Source: the human T2T-CHM13v2.0 reference genome, Homo sapiens
DNA: 64,000 nt
Reading direction: 5' to 3' (one strand)
Assembly (NCBI RefSeq): GCF_009914755.1
Contig: NC_060925.1
Position numbers and translations under genes: made by a program. Each line of letters starts with the position of its first letter. Within the stretch, counting starts at the first letter, position 1. The notes under the pieces are model-generated. The model did no database searches and was not told the origin of the DNA. It saw only the letters and a program-made list of their open reading frames with translations. This document shows, one piece after another, positions 13,094 through 25,550 of this stretch.

Positions 13094-14845
13094 TACGGTG
13101 GGCTAAACATGGCTGCTAAGGCCTAGCAACTCTGCCTATCAAGAGGTGGAGTTGATATCCCCACCCTTGGAATCTGGCTGGCTGTGGTAGGTTTTTTGAT
13201 CAATAGAATGTGGCAGAAATGGAGTGGAGTAATTTCCAAGGCTGGGCCTTAAGAGACTTGTAGCATCTGCTTTTGTGTGCTTGAAACATTCCTCTTAGAT
13301 CTTAGTCTCTTGCTATGAGGAAGCCCAATTAGCCATATAGAGGACTGGCAAGGCCCCTGGTCGACAGCCGAAGCTGGGCTCCCAGCCAGCAATCAGTAGA
13401 AGCACCAGTGTTGTGACTTGAGGCACTTTGGGCCTTCTGAGTATTCTAGCATTCCAGCCCTCACCATGTGAACTGCCAGATCATCCCATAGAATCATGAG
13501 AAATTATGAATTGTTACTTTAGCCACTAAGTTTTGATGTGACTTGTTACACAGAATAAAGAATCAAAACAAAAATTGGTACCTAGAAGTGAGATGCTGGC
13601 ATAACAAAAATCTGGCATTTTGGCTTTGAGACCAGGTGTCAGTGAAGGCCTGAAGGGCAGTTAGAATACTATTGCTATTGGAGGATGTCAAATGGTACCC
13701 TTGTTTTATATTGAGAAAAAAGTCAGCAAGACCATGACCTACAGTAACATGGAACATAGAAAATGAACCTAATGAACTTGTGGATCTAGCTCAGGAGATT
13801 TTCCAGCAAAATATCAGAAGCTCTGAGTGACCCCTTTAACTCCTTTTTTAACTCCCCTTTTTTTTTGATACTGTGATCAAAGTATTTCAAGAAAGAGACT
13901 AATTAAAGAAGAAACTATTTTAATTTTAAGCAGACTTTAGAGGAAGTATTTCCAATCCTGAATTTTCTCAGATTGTAAATCCAACTGTTTCTCATCCCCA
14001 GCTCCTCTACCCAGCAAAAGACCAGTTCCTCTACCCAGCAAAAGATACTCAAAGAAGGAAGTGGCCTCAGGTCCAAAGATCAGATCCAGAACATTACTGC
14101 CAGTAAAACTTGGGCTCAAAGTGAAAATAAAAGCAAAGGCATAGCTGTAAGACCCTTCGTTAAAACGTCAAAAAGATTGAAGGCAGTGCCTCATAGAACC
14201 TCTCAGCTAGACGGAAGGGCTTCTAATAATTTCAAGGGTCTTGTCCCACAGCATTCTGGAACTGATTTAGATGACAAGATCCTGGACTTCAAGCCTGAAT
14301 TTGATGCCATAAGGGGATGAAGTTTTTGGGGGGCTTGGGAAAGGGTTTAGTGTGCTTTCCATGTAAGAGGAATGTAAATCATTTCTGGCCAGAGAGTAGA
14401 CTGTGGTGGACTAAGCATGGCTGCAGACTCTTTGCCACTCCTCCTATTGAAAGGTAGAGTCCACTTCCCTTCCCCTTGAATCTGGACTGGCCTTGTGACT
14501 CCTTTGGCCAGTAGATTTTGGTGGATGTGTCACTGTGTAGCTTCAAGCCTATGCCTTAAAAGAGCTGTAGCTTTCACTTTTATGCTTGGAATGTTGTCTT
14601 AGAACCCACCCACCATGCTATGTGAGGACACTCGAAGAGCCACATGGAGTCTCACATGAAGGAGTTACCAGCCAGCAGTTAGCACCAACTACCAGCCTAA
14701 GGAATGAGGACATTTTGTACCTTCCAACCATCTGGAAGGTGTGCCAGCCAACACTATGAAGTAAAAAAACCTCCCACAGAATCTCAAGAAATAAAACCTT
14801 TTCTTAAGCCATTAAGGCTTGGAATATGCAGAACAGTTAGCAAAA
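13094..14845 (+). mobile_element. MaLR (MLT1-type) element with LTR-internal-LTR structure (LTR ~13094-13570, internal ~13571-14401, LTR ~14402-14845)
   Basis: Two homologous LTR starts (tacggtgggctaaacatggctgc / tgtggtggactaagcatggctgc); MLT1-like ends (agccactaagtttt, aagccattaagg); internal begins aaaattggtacctagaagtg. Confidence 0.72.
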
Positions 14846-15777
14846 ACTCTTCCATCTCTATTGTTGCTGAGTTCTTGCCTCTCCCTAGGAAAGGCTCTAT
14901 CACCCTGAATACACCCTAAAAGTTTGAATGGTTAGGGGATCTTTTCATTTTTGTACATTTAATTATTACATAAATATTTATTGTGCCCCATGTGCTGGAA
15001 ACTATGTAAGATACTATCATATCATAGGATCAAAATCTGAATCCACTTGACTCCTGCCTCTCCGTGGACCTCTTTATCTGATGTTGCTAGGTGGTACTGA
15101 ATTTTAATTTCCCTTGACTATTTTATTCTTTGCTTTCTTTTTAAACATATTGTAAACTTTAGCCTTATTATTCTATTATAAAGTATTGAGTTTAAGAGAA
15201 AATGTATTCCCATTCCCGTGCCTGACAAAGACATGTTTTAAAGTACACATTAAACAAAAGAAAACTGCTTTTCAATTACTAAATGCAGTGCTCAGTAGGA
15301 CAGAAAACGTACTGCTTCTCTTAAATGCTAGACCTTTAAAACATTTGCTGGATGACAGCACTATTGAAATAGCCTTTCAGCTGCTCCCTTTGTTTCTAAT
15401 CCCTCTCCCATAATCCATCCTGCATCTCTCCATAGCTCAGTGATTCACTGTTCTACTGCTTCACGTTCCTGAGCCTCTAAAGGATTCATGTGGAGATGGT
15501 AGCTGTTACTTTGTAGTCTGTAGAGGGGAGAGAGCATCCTAGAAGTCTAGTGCAACTTCCAAGAAGACTTAAAAGACAGGCACTTTTCTCAGATAGTTTA
15601 TTGTCTATCTTGTACGCTTTCTCCTCCTGGGGAAATTTGGGGGAAAAAAAAAATCTGGCCTCTCCTAGACCAATTGACTTGCTCTTTGGGAGTAAGGCCT
15701 GGGTTTACGTTTCTTTTAAAAGTGCCCCAAGAGGTTCTAAGGTGAAGCTGAGATTGAGAATCACTGTCTTAGGTTTG

Positions 15778-15960
15778 TGATTCTTGAAAAGTGGTCCTTG
15801 GACCAGCAGCATCAACATGAACTAGGAATTTGTTAGCAATGCAATTCTTGAGACCTACTTCCTACCTTACAAATTGGCAACTCTGAGGGATGGACTAATC
15901 ACTTCATGTTTTAATAAGCTCTTGGTGATTTTTATGTACATTAATGTTAGAGAACCACTA
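15778..15960. mobile_element. MER5-type hAT-Charlie MITE
   Basis: aaagtggtccttggaccagcagcatc ... gagaaccact termini. Confidence 0.7.
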
Positions 15961-18649
15961 TTAGAAAAATCTTTCTTTCTAGGTCTCAAAACTACGACTG
16001 AGTTTGGGAAGCATGTTTGTTATTTGAAAATCACTGTACTAACAAGATTTGAAAGAACTACAAAGGGACATAAGGAAACTAGTATATCAAATGTTATTGC
16101 CGGTGATCATTTAAGCACTTGAAATATGTTTAATGCTTGTCATTAAATCTCTCAAGAATGGTGAAATGAGTTACTTAGCATAAAGAAAAGGGGCATATTA
16201 ATCAGATACTGATGCATTGTTTCCTAGAGAGAGAACTCAACAAAAGGCGAATTTAAATTTCAGTTAGATATATGTTAGTCCCAAGAAACATCTTAATGGG
16301 AAGTAGCACTAAACATTTTGAAGGGATATAAGGTGATTTTTAAATCAATTTTCAATGAGAGTAGTGTAGAGAACCGCTATTTGGAATTGTTCGGCTATAA
16401 TCCCTGCCTGGGGTCAGAGACAGATCTTTGAAGTAGCATCCTCTTCTCAGTATATAATGACACTAAATACCATCTGATCATCATTTGTTTATTTTTTCAC
16501 TTGTTATTTTAGAAATGCTTTCAAAGTAAAATAAGGACTACTGGGAAGTAAAGATGCCTAACTTGAATGTTGATGTTACAGTCTTAGAGACTTTGGAGTA
16601 AGATTGTCAAGTGAATTCATGTGTTTTGAAAAAGCTTTTATGACTTCTTAATGAGGTTTAAAAGCTGAAATAATGGGATTAGAACCGTAAAATCCATTAC
16701 TCTTAACATTTCTTTGGATTGATTTAGTGTGTTTGTATATTAGAAATAGATATTTTATTTGGATTGAATCATCATTGTTTACTAAAATATGGTCTGGAAA
16801 CAATTTCCTGGACAGACAGTATTAAATGGCATAATGACAAAAGATAGCTATGCTTAAACTCTCTAGTTAAGCACTTCAAATAGGAAAATTATCATCATTT
16901 TATACATAGGAATGCTGAGATGTTTTATGTATGCTTAAATCCAGATGCTATATATTTAAATATTAAGTTTTAGTTCAGTAGAAAATATTTAGTAGGAAAA
17001 TGTTTAGCTGAGAAAGTAGATTATATGTAACGGAAGACATTACAGAAAACTACATTTGCATCCTTATTCAAACCCAGTTATAATGCAGTTATAACCCAGT
17101 TATAATGCAGATATTGGATGAGTTGGGAAAGAGCGCTAATTAGCTTTTTCTTCAGCTTTTGAGAGACCTAAGACTGTGGCGTAGTTAATTGGATTGACTG
17201 AGGCCATGTGGTCTGGTGTGCATGAGGTTGGGATTTGAGTATGAGGACCTAAGTTCCAGTTGCAACTTTATTTCTTAGAGGTTTTGTCACCTTGGGCAAG
17301 GTTAATTCTTTGGGACTGCCTTAATTTCTATGCATATAAACATAAAGAGTAATACTATTTATTTCAATGGCTTGTTTTAAGTATAAAACAAATTAATGTA
17401 AATGAGACATGCTTTGAAGGTAGAAAAACAGATGTTAAATTATTAATAAAGTAGAAAGTATATTTCTAATATTTAAGGAGAACTGTATAAGAAGAATCAT
17501 GGCTGAGTAACATTTTTGAATTATGCAATAAATTCTTTTCTGGCATGTTACAAATGCAGCCGCTATGGAAGAATATGTAAAATGTTTCACACATCAGATG
17601 TCTTTATCATGCTCAGTGCACATAAATGCAGTCATGTGATATATGTTGTAAGACTTTTATAAAGGCTTGTGAATTGTGAATGAGAAATCTTAACTCCAGT
17701 TGTGCCCTGTAGTTATGAATTAGTGTACAGCTAGGTTCTTATACATACTAACTGTGCTTTCTAACCTGCAAAACAATTTGATGCTGGATGGTGACTAATT
17801 GTAAAATAGGCTTTGCACATGACTTGGTAAACCCAAAGTAAGTTTTGGACATGCCCAACTTTTTGATATTTGAAATGACAAGCTTAAAAGATTATTGCTA
17901 AAAGTATCTTAAATACAATTTGGGGTCAGTACTCTTAGGAAGATTTGAAGTACTTTTTAAAAAGGATTGTATAATACAAAATCTCCCTAGAAACTTTTTT
18001 TTGAGGTTTCATAGGCACTAAAAGATATAATTTTTACTTTCAATTAAAAACAAATTCTAGCATTTTACAATTTTCTCACAGTTCAAATTATCAATATATA
18101 TGTAATTTAACTATCACAAATTATTGAACTATAAATGTTACAAATTGCTTTTATTAAACTCTAAATTAAACAAATCTAATATAAAGCCTAAGTATGTTTA
18201 ATAATAACATAATTTCAAGTAATTTCAGCCATATTTCTGAGCTGTATCTGAAAAAGTATATTAACTTATCACTTTTTCTAATGAGATTGGTAGGCTAAAT
18301 TTTAGGAGCACTGAGACTTATTTGGATAGATGTTTGGTTTTAAATATGGGTACAGAAATCACTTGGTGTGACAAGCTGTCTGAAAAATGCAAATAAGAAC
18401 GACTGTGTTTGAGGAATGAGTGAGAGAAATTAACATATGTCGACTACTTAGAAAAGCTGTGTTCATCTAAGTGTTGTAGACACAGAATTTTAAAATATGT
18501 TGTGTTTAAATTGCTGTGGGAACTAACCTGTAATTGAAAGGAAGTTCAGGGAGTGAGTATGGTTTAATGAATGTGAGTGGGGCCCTGTAGATACACCTTT
18601 GCCAGAATGTGCCCCAGTGTGAAAAGTAAACTGACCTATGAAAATCTAA

Positions 18650-18726
18650 GCCAGGCACAGTGGCTCACACCTGTAATCCCAGCATTTGAGAGGCCAAGGT
18701 GGAAGGATTGCTTGAGGCCCAGAGTG
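18650..18726 (+). mobile_element. Alu/FLAM left-monomer fragment
   Basis: gccaggcacagtggctcacacctgtaatcccagca...ggattgcttgaggccc. Confidence 0.85.
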
Positions 18727-18842
18727 TGAAAATCTATTTGCCATGTCATGTCTTATGACTGAGAGGGCTTCTGGAGACAGTATCTCCAGTTTGTTTGTTT
18801 GAATGACTGTAGCTATTTCAAGATATCTATGTTTTCTCATAG

Positions 18843-18940
18843 AATGAAGACAAACACAGAGATGGTGTGTCTAAGAAACTTCAAAAGGTGTAGACCTCCT
18901 GACTGAAGCATATTGGATTTATTTAATTTTTTTCACTGTA
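18843..18940 (+). other. LRRC8B: LRRC8B predicted 5'UTR exon (98 nt) containing a 20-codon uORF
   Basis: Acceptor gttttctcatag|, donor gta|gtaagt. Confidence 0.75.
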
Positions 18941-19119
18941 GTAAGTATAAATATTTAAAACACTTTTTTTGGTCAATGTTGACTTGTATTTTTATTGAAT
19001 AAATATTCACTCTGTCAAATACCCTTATCATTGTTAGAGCTATTGTTGTTTTCATTCTTCTACAATTTCAGTTGCATATCTTAAATGAATTTAATTCTCA
19101 GGACCTTTGAGAGGACAAA

Positions 19120-19860
19120 TGAAACATGAATTTAGAGCTGAAAGAACCCTTTGAAATTATCTGCTTCACTCTTTTTATCCATTACAAGAAATTCCTTTGC
19201 AACTCTCCTGATGGATGGTCATTTTATTTATCAAGATTCTGCTCAGGACATAGAGCTGAACTGTTTCACAGAGCAGCTAGTTCGATGACTTTCCACCACA
19301 GATTGAATCAAAATGTGATTTTCTAAAGCTTCCATCTACCTGGTTCTACCTTGGGAACAAATCCACTATTCTTTCACCTGTGAGGTTGTTGCGCAAAAAT
19401 GTAAAGATAAATTCTCGGGCTCACCTAGTCATCTATTATTTCAGCTGAATATCATCGATTGCCCGTGTTCCTCTGTAGGAAACGGTTTAGAAACAACAGC
19501 TCCTGGTTGGTTTTTTGCCCATTTTATCTTTAACCTGTAACTGAGCATTGGGTTTCAGTATTGTGATCTCACGAGGCAGGTACAGAAGGACTGCAGCTCC
19601 TTTATCTGGGTTTATCTATTAATATGGCCAGATGTTATAATCAGTATTTCAGCGTAACAGCTGTCGCATGACTAGCTGAAAGTATGCATACATGTCAACT
19701 AAAATCCTAAACTGTTTTTCACATGTTCTTTCTTTCATCCAGCAGTGTTTTCTACCATCCCTCACACCCCTGGCCACATCATATTTATAGTATTTTGAGG
19801 TCTAAGCCCAGGACTTTCTCTTTGCTTCATGTATTCCTCTCATTTTAGTTTCTGTCTTAC
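19120..19860 (-). mobile_element. Possible ancient CR1/L3 remnant
   Basis: Weak recalled similarity (gtcaactaaaatcctaaactgtttttcac); needs HMM confirmation. Confidence 0.35.
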
Positions 19861-20261
19861 CTCGACACACAATTATGTAAGGCAGAGAGGTGAGGCAGAA
19901 TGAGAAGAGTTGAGAGTTAGAAATAGATCCACTAAACTGGAGTGAAGGAGAGAAGCCCTGAAGAGCTATATAATCCACCTGTAGGTCCTAGGAGGAAGGT
20001 GAATCCATATAATATTATGTGATACCCAGAGAGGACACAAGCAGAAAGTAGTGCTCCAGTCCAGCAGTTAAGCTCAGAAATTGTAAAATGCCTTAACAGG
20101 TACAAGAGCATGAAGCTGTAGGGTTCAGGGTCAGATGGTCAGGAATATGCTGAGGATGAGACTTATTAACAGGGAGCAGGGACTCTGTAATGGGACTCTA
20201 AGGTTCAAGGCAGGATACCAGACCCCAGAAAGAGGGCAAATGAGAGTAAAAAAGTCTTCCT

Positions 20262-20548
20262 GGCCAGGCACAGTGGCTCAGGCCTGTAATCTCAGCTCTT
20301 TGAGAGGCCAAGGTGGGCAGATCATGAGGTCAGGAGTTCGAGACCAGCCTGGCCAACATGGTGAAACCCCATCTCCTGTCTCTACTAAAAAGACACAAAA
20401 ATTAGCTGGGCGTGATGCCATGTGCCTGTAGTCCCAGCTGCTCGGGAGGCTGAGGCGGGAGGATTGTTTGGACCCAGGAGGTGGAGGTTTCAGTGAGCTG
20501 AGATCACGCCACTAGACTCCGTCTCAAAAAAAAAAAAAAAAAAAAAAG
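20262..20548 (+). mobile_element. Alu (AluS) with small right-arm deletion
   Basis: Alu dimer; gccact|agactccgtctc lacks the usual gcactccagcctggg segment; TSD-like aaaaaagtcttcct / aaaaaaggcttcct. Confidence 0.92.
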
Positions 20549-21359
20549 GCTTCCTTGGGGATGCTACTAATACTAGAGTGTCTAGAGAGTAACTCTGGCC
20601 CAGAATAAATGATAAGACTTCAGACTCAAGAAAATCCAAGAGAAACCCTTGAAAATAGATTAGAGCTGGACTACCAGCAAGGGGGCACCATGCTACCATT
20701 ATTATTTTTCTTCTTTTTCTTATCAGATATTTTCTAAGACCCACATATTTCCTTTTACCTTACTCTGTGCCATCTTATAGATCATCTGGATTTTACTGAT
20801 TAGCAATTTTTGAAACAATTGATGTATGTAAGACTCAACATAGAAATTCTCAGGAATGTTGTCTGAATACTTTTCAGTATGAAAATACAAGATAATCTTG
20901 TTTTCCTGAAGGCAAAAGTAATTTAATAATGGAATATGCCTCCATCGTTTATCCTTTTAGTACTTTGCCATCACAACATTAAACATGAGAGGGAGTCCCC
21001 ATGATAGAATATTCTAGCAGAGCTTTTCTTTCTTATTCTTTTTTAAGCCATAACTTTTAAATACTTCCCAACTTTTAAATACTCTAAGTTTTTTCATACT
21101 CATGTACTTAAATTACAAAGCGAAAGCTTGTGTGGAAAGGAGATAATGCATTCAGTGACAGGTTGTTCTGGGCATAGAATTGTAGACCCCACTAAGCCTA
21201 AGGGGTAATTTCACAAAGCAGAGCTTGCTTAAAAGAGGCTCCTTGTGGTGACTAAAACAACTCTTGGGCTGTAAGTGATACTTCAGACATGGGACAAGGT
21301 GTGGAAAGGAGCTTACTCAGACATTTTGGAAGGTAAAATGTGACCACTGGAAATTAGGT

Positions 21360-21507
21360 GGCTGGCTGTGGTGACTCATAGCTGTAATTCCAGCACTTTC
21401 AGAGGCCAAGCAGGGAGGATCACTTGAGGCCAAGAGTCTGAGGCCTGTGAGACCCTGTCTCAAAAAAAAAAGGAAGAAAAAAAGAAAGAAAGAAAGAAAG
21501 AAAAAAA
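21360..21507 (+). mobile_element. FLAM-like Alu monomer with (GAAA)n tail
   Basis: Left-monomer sequence joined directly to gagaccctgtctc plus an A/GAAA tail. Confidence 0.8.
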
Positions 21508-21904
21508 TATTAGTAGCATAGGAACAAGTTTTTCAAATGTCAGTTGAAGAAAAATTGGCTCCTGGTTTTTAGTAGCCTAGCCTGGAGTTGAGATACAAGA
21601 GGTAACGAGATAATTACCTCAAGGGCTACCCCTAAATTTCTTTCTAGTCAGTATCACTAAATGGTCCCCCATCTAAGAGACTATGGTTCAGAGTTGGATG
21701 GCCTATAGTTTCAAATGAAACCAGAAGACTTATGTGCCCCTTAATCAGCTCTTCCTTTTAGGTTTTACCCCAGAGCTAAATCCTACTTGGGAAGGAGGGC
21801 ATGTGTGTATGAATATTAGAGTAAAATGCTTATTTGAGTACTTGCTTCAGTAGTGTTTCTTTTATTTCCCTCTTCCAGTTTCTGTCCTCCTACAAGGGAA
21901 AGTC

Positions 21905-24043
21905 ATGATTACACTAACTGAGCTAAAATGCTTAGCAGATGCCCAGTCATCTTATCACATCTTAAAACCATGGTGGGACGTCTTCTGGTATTACATCACA
22001 CTGATCATGCTGCTGGTGGCCGTGCTGGCCGGAGCTCTCCAGCTGACGCAGAGCAGGGTTCTGTGCTGTCTTCCATGCAAAGTGGAATTTGACAATCACT
22101 GTGCCGTGCCTTGGGACATCCTGAAAGCCAGCATGAACACATCCTCTAATCCTGGGACACCGCTTCCGCTCCCCCTCCGAATTCAGAATGACCTCCACCG
22201 ACAGCAGTACTCCTATATTGATGCCGTCTGTTACGAGAAACAGCTCCATTGGTTTGCAAAGTTTTTCCCCTATCTGGTGCTCTTGCACACGCTCATCTTT
22301 GCAGCCTGCAGCAACTTTTGGCTTCACTACCCCAGTACCAGTTCCAGGCTCGAGCATTTTGTGGCCATCCTTCACAAGTGCTTCGATTCTCCATGGACCA
22401 CCCGCGCCCTTTCAGAAACAGTGGCTGAGCAGTCAGTGAGGCCTCTGAAACTCTCCAAGTCCAAGATTTTGCTTTCGTCCTCAGGGTGTTCAGCTGACAT
22501 AGATTCCGGCAAACAGTCATTGCCCTACCCACAGCCAGGTTTGGAGTCAGCTGGCATAGAAAGCCCAACTTCCAGTGTCCTGGACAAGAAGGAGGGTGAA
22601 CAGGCCAAAGCCATCTTTGAAAAAGTGAAAAGATTCCGCATGCATGTGGAGCAGAAGGACATCATTTATAGAGTATATCTGAAACAGATAATAGTCAAAG
22701 TCATTTTGTTTGTGCTCATCATAACTTATGTTCCATATTTTTTAACCCACATCACTCTTGAAATCGACTGTTCAGTTGATGTGCAGGCTTTTACAGGATA
22801 TAAGCGCTACCAGTGTGTCTATTCCTTGGCAGAAATCTTTAAGGTCCTGGCTTCATTTTATGTCATTTTGGTTATACTTTATGGTCTGACCTCTTCCTAC
22901 AGCCTGTGGTGGATGCTGAGGAGTTCCCTGAAGCAATATTCCTTTGAGGCGTTAAGAGAAAAAAGCAACTACAGTGACATCCCTGATGTCAAGAATGACT
23001 TTGCCTTCATCCTTCATCTGGCTGATCAGTATGATCCTCTTTATTCCAAACGCTTCTCCATATTCCTATCAGAGGTCAGTGAGAACAAACTGAAACAGAT
23101 CAACCTCAATAATGAATGGACAGTTGAGAAACTGAAAAGTAAGCTTGTGAAAAATGCCCAGGACAAGATAGAACTGCATCTTTTTATGCTCAACGGTCTT
23201 CCAGACAATGTCTTTGAGTTAACTGAAATGGAAGTGCTAAGCCTGGAGCTTATCCCAGAGGTGAAGCTGCCCTCTGCAGTCTCACAGCTGGTCAACCTCA
23301 AGGAGCTTCGTGTGTACCATTCATCTCTGGTCGTAGACCATCCTGCACTGGCCTTTCTAGAGGAGAATTTAAAAATCCTCCGCCTGAAATTTACTGAAAT
23401 GGGAAAAATCCCACGCTGGGTATTTCACCTCAAGAATCTCAAGGAACTTTATCTTTCGGGCTGTGTTCTCCCTGAACAGTTGAGTACTATGCAGTTGGAG
23501 GGCTTTCAGGACTTAAAAAATCTAAGGACCCTGTACTTGAAGAGCAGCCTCTCCCGGATCCCACAAGTTGTTACAGACCTCCTGCCTTCATTGCAGAAAC
23601 TGTCCCTTGATAATGAGGGAAGCAAACTGGTTGTGTTGAACAACTTGAAAAAGATGGTCAATCTGAAAAGCCTAGAACTGATCAGCTGTGACCTGGAACG
23701 CATCCCACATTCCATTTTCAGCCTGAATAATTTGCATGAGTTAGACCTAAGGGAAAATAACCTTAAAACTGTGGAAGAGATCATTAGCTTTCAGCATCTT
23801 CAGAATCTTTCCTGCTTAAAGTTGTGGCACAATAACATTGCTTATATTCCTGCACAGATTGGGGCATTATCTAACCTAGAGCAGCTCTCTTTGGACCATA
23901 ATAATATTGAGAATCTGCCCTTGCAGCTTTTCCTATGCACTAAACTACATTATTTGGATCTAAGCTATAACCACTTGACCTTCATTCCAGAAGAAATCCA
24001 GTATCTGAGTAATTTGCAGTACTTTGCTGTGACCAACAACAAT
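21905..24043 (+). CDS. LRRC8B: LRRC8B (VRAC subunit) first coding exon, codons 1-713: pannexin-like 4-TM pore domain plus most LRRs; exon begins at 21879
   Basis: MITLTELKCL..ILKPWWDVF, VCYE..LHWFAKFFPYLVL, KCFDSPWTTRALSE, LDKKEGEQAKAIFEKVK, DIPDVKNDFAF..YDPLYSKRF and LxxLxLxxN repeats; acceptor tcttccag|21879; phase-0 donor aat|gtaagt. Confidence 0.98.
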
Positions 24044-24907
24044 GTAAGTAAATCCATTCTTTCTTTTATTCAGTATCTGCCGTACTTATAGTGCATTACA
24101 TAGGGAAAGAAAACACACTTCAAATCATACTGTGTGTTCTCAAGCCAAGCCCAATCCGATCTTGCATAAATTACCAAAACACTGAGCATCCATTTTTAAC
24201 CTAAATTACAAGTCATCGTGGAGATTTTATGAAAAAACATAAAAGCATTTGGCACAGTTCCTGGCACATAATAGTTGCTCAGCAAATGTTTTTCTCTTTG
24301 TTTTTTTCCCAGTTTTCTACATAAACATCACAAAGTATTTTAAACTATTTAATTCATTATGGTAGAGCTTACTTTTTGTTTTATAAAGGTTTTAGGTATT
24401 TAGGGAGTTTGGCAAAACTTTTCAGCTTTCCAAATCTGTCATAATAAAATAACTTCTTGTTCTAAAATGCTGGGATTATGAATTATTCATAAATCCTTTT
24501 TGTGATGTGGTGAAAAAGATTTGAAGTCTGCATGCATGTCTAGAAAGATGATTCAAAATGAAAGGCCTGCCTCTATAATGCAACACTACAGCTTCTTAGA
24601 AGCTTTTTCCAGGATCCATGCTTTAGAATGAACCAAATTTGCAATAGTAAAACCAAATTAAAGAAAACTTAACTTTACCAAACCATGAAAAAACAAAATA
24701 AATGAGTAGTTTCCTAGGTTAAGATATGGAGGAGGAGGAAAAAGGAAAAATTCACTGTAGTCTAAAGGCAAGAGAGTGAGGCTAATGTCCATTTGGGAAG
24801 AAAGAGGGAAAACCTGGTCAGAAATCAAATCTACCAAGGGATGAAACTGACATTCCTCTACTTGAAAATGGGTACAGCTATTCCACCACACTTCAAAATA
24901 TATTATC

Positions 24908-25090
24908 CAAAAATTAGCTACGCGTGGTGGCACGGACCTGAAGTCCCAGCTACTCAGGAGCCTGAGGCAGGAGAATCGCTTGAACCCGGGAGGTGGAGTT
25001 GCAGTGAGCCGAGATTCCACCACTCAAGCACTCAAGCCTGGTAACAGAGCGAGACTCTGTCTCAAAAAAAAAAGAAAGAAAGAAAGAAAG
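24908..25090 (+). mobile_element. 5'-truncated Alu (right arm) with (GAAA)n tail
   Basis: aaaaattagc...ctcaaaaa; TSD aaaatatattatc (24895-24907) / aaaatgtattatc (25091-25103). Confidence 0.9.
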
Positions 25091-25379
25091 AAAATGTATT
25101 ATCTTTTAGACTTTTTGTAGTTCATATGTCATGGTAAATATAGCTATGAGCATGGTGTTGGCTAATAAACATATTAATCATACATTATTTTTGAAAAACA
25201 TGGGTGTTAGATAAATACCAGAAAATTGGGGGATGAGAGCAAAATTCATGCTGATTTTTAGAACTCTCAGACTTTATTCATATGTAAAAGGAGAGAGTCC
25301 ATTGTTAGATAAATGAGACATCTTCAGATCTTAAAGGTTTATGAGATTTTAAAACTACATTAGGATTGACCTAGACTAA

Positions 25380-25550
25380 CAGTGTGCATCAGAATTACCC
25401 AAAAGGCTTGCTGAAACACAGATGGCTGAGCCCCGCTCCCAGGGTTTCCGATTCAGTAGGCCAGACGTAGGACCCAAGAGTTTGCATTTCTAAGAAGTCC
25501 CCAGGTGGAGCTGATGATGCTGGCCTAGTGACTGCACTCTGAAAAATCAC
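25380..25550. mobile_element. MER5A-type MITE
   Basis: gcatcagaattaccc...gattcagtagg...tttgcatttctaagaagtccccaggtg...gatgctgg. Confidence 0.75.

Noticed and set aside
21962-23784. Antisense and alternate-frame ORFs within the LRRC8B exon
   Set aside because: Expected shadow ORFs of a coding sequence, with no independent support.
21905-24091. 728-aa single-exon ORF as the true protein
   Set aside because: A consensus donor at 24044 and an in-frame LRR exon at 32027 give the 803-aa product; the last 15 codons are intronic (kept only as a possible minor isoform).
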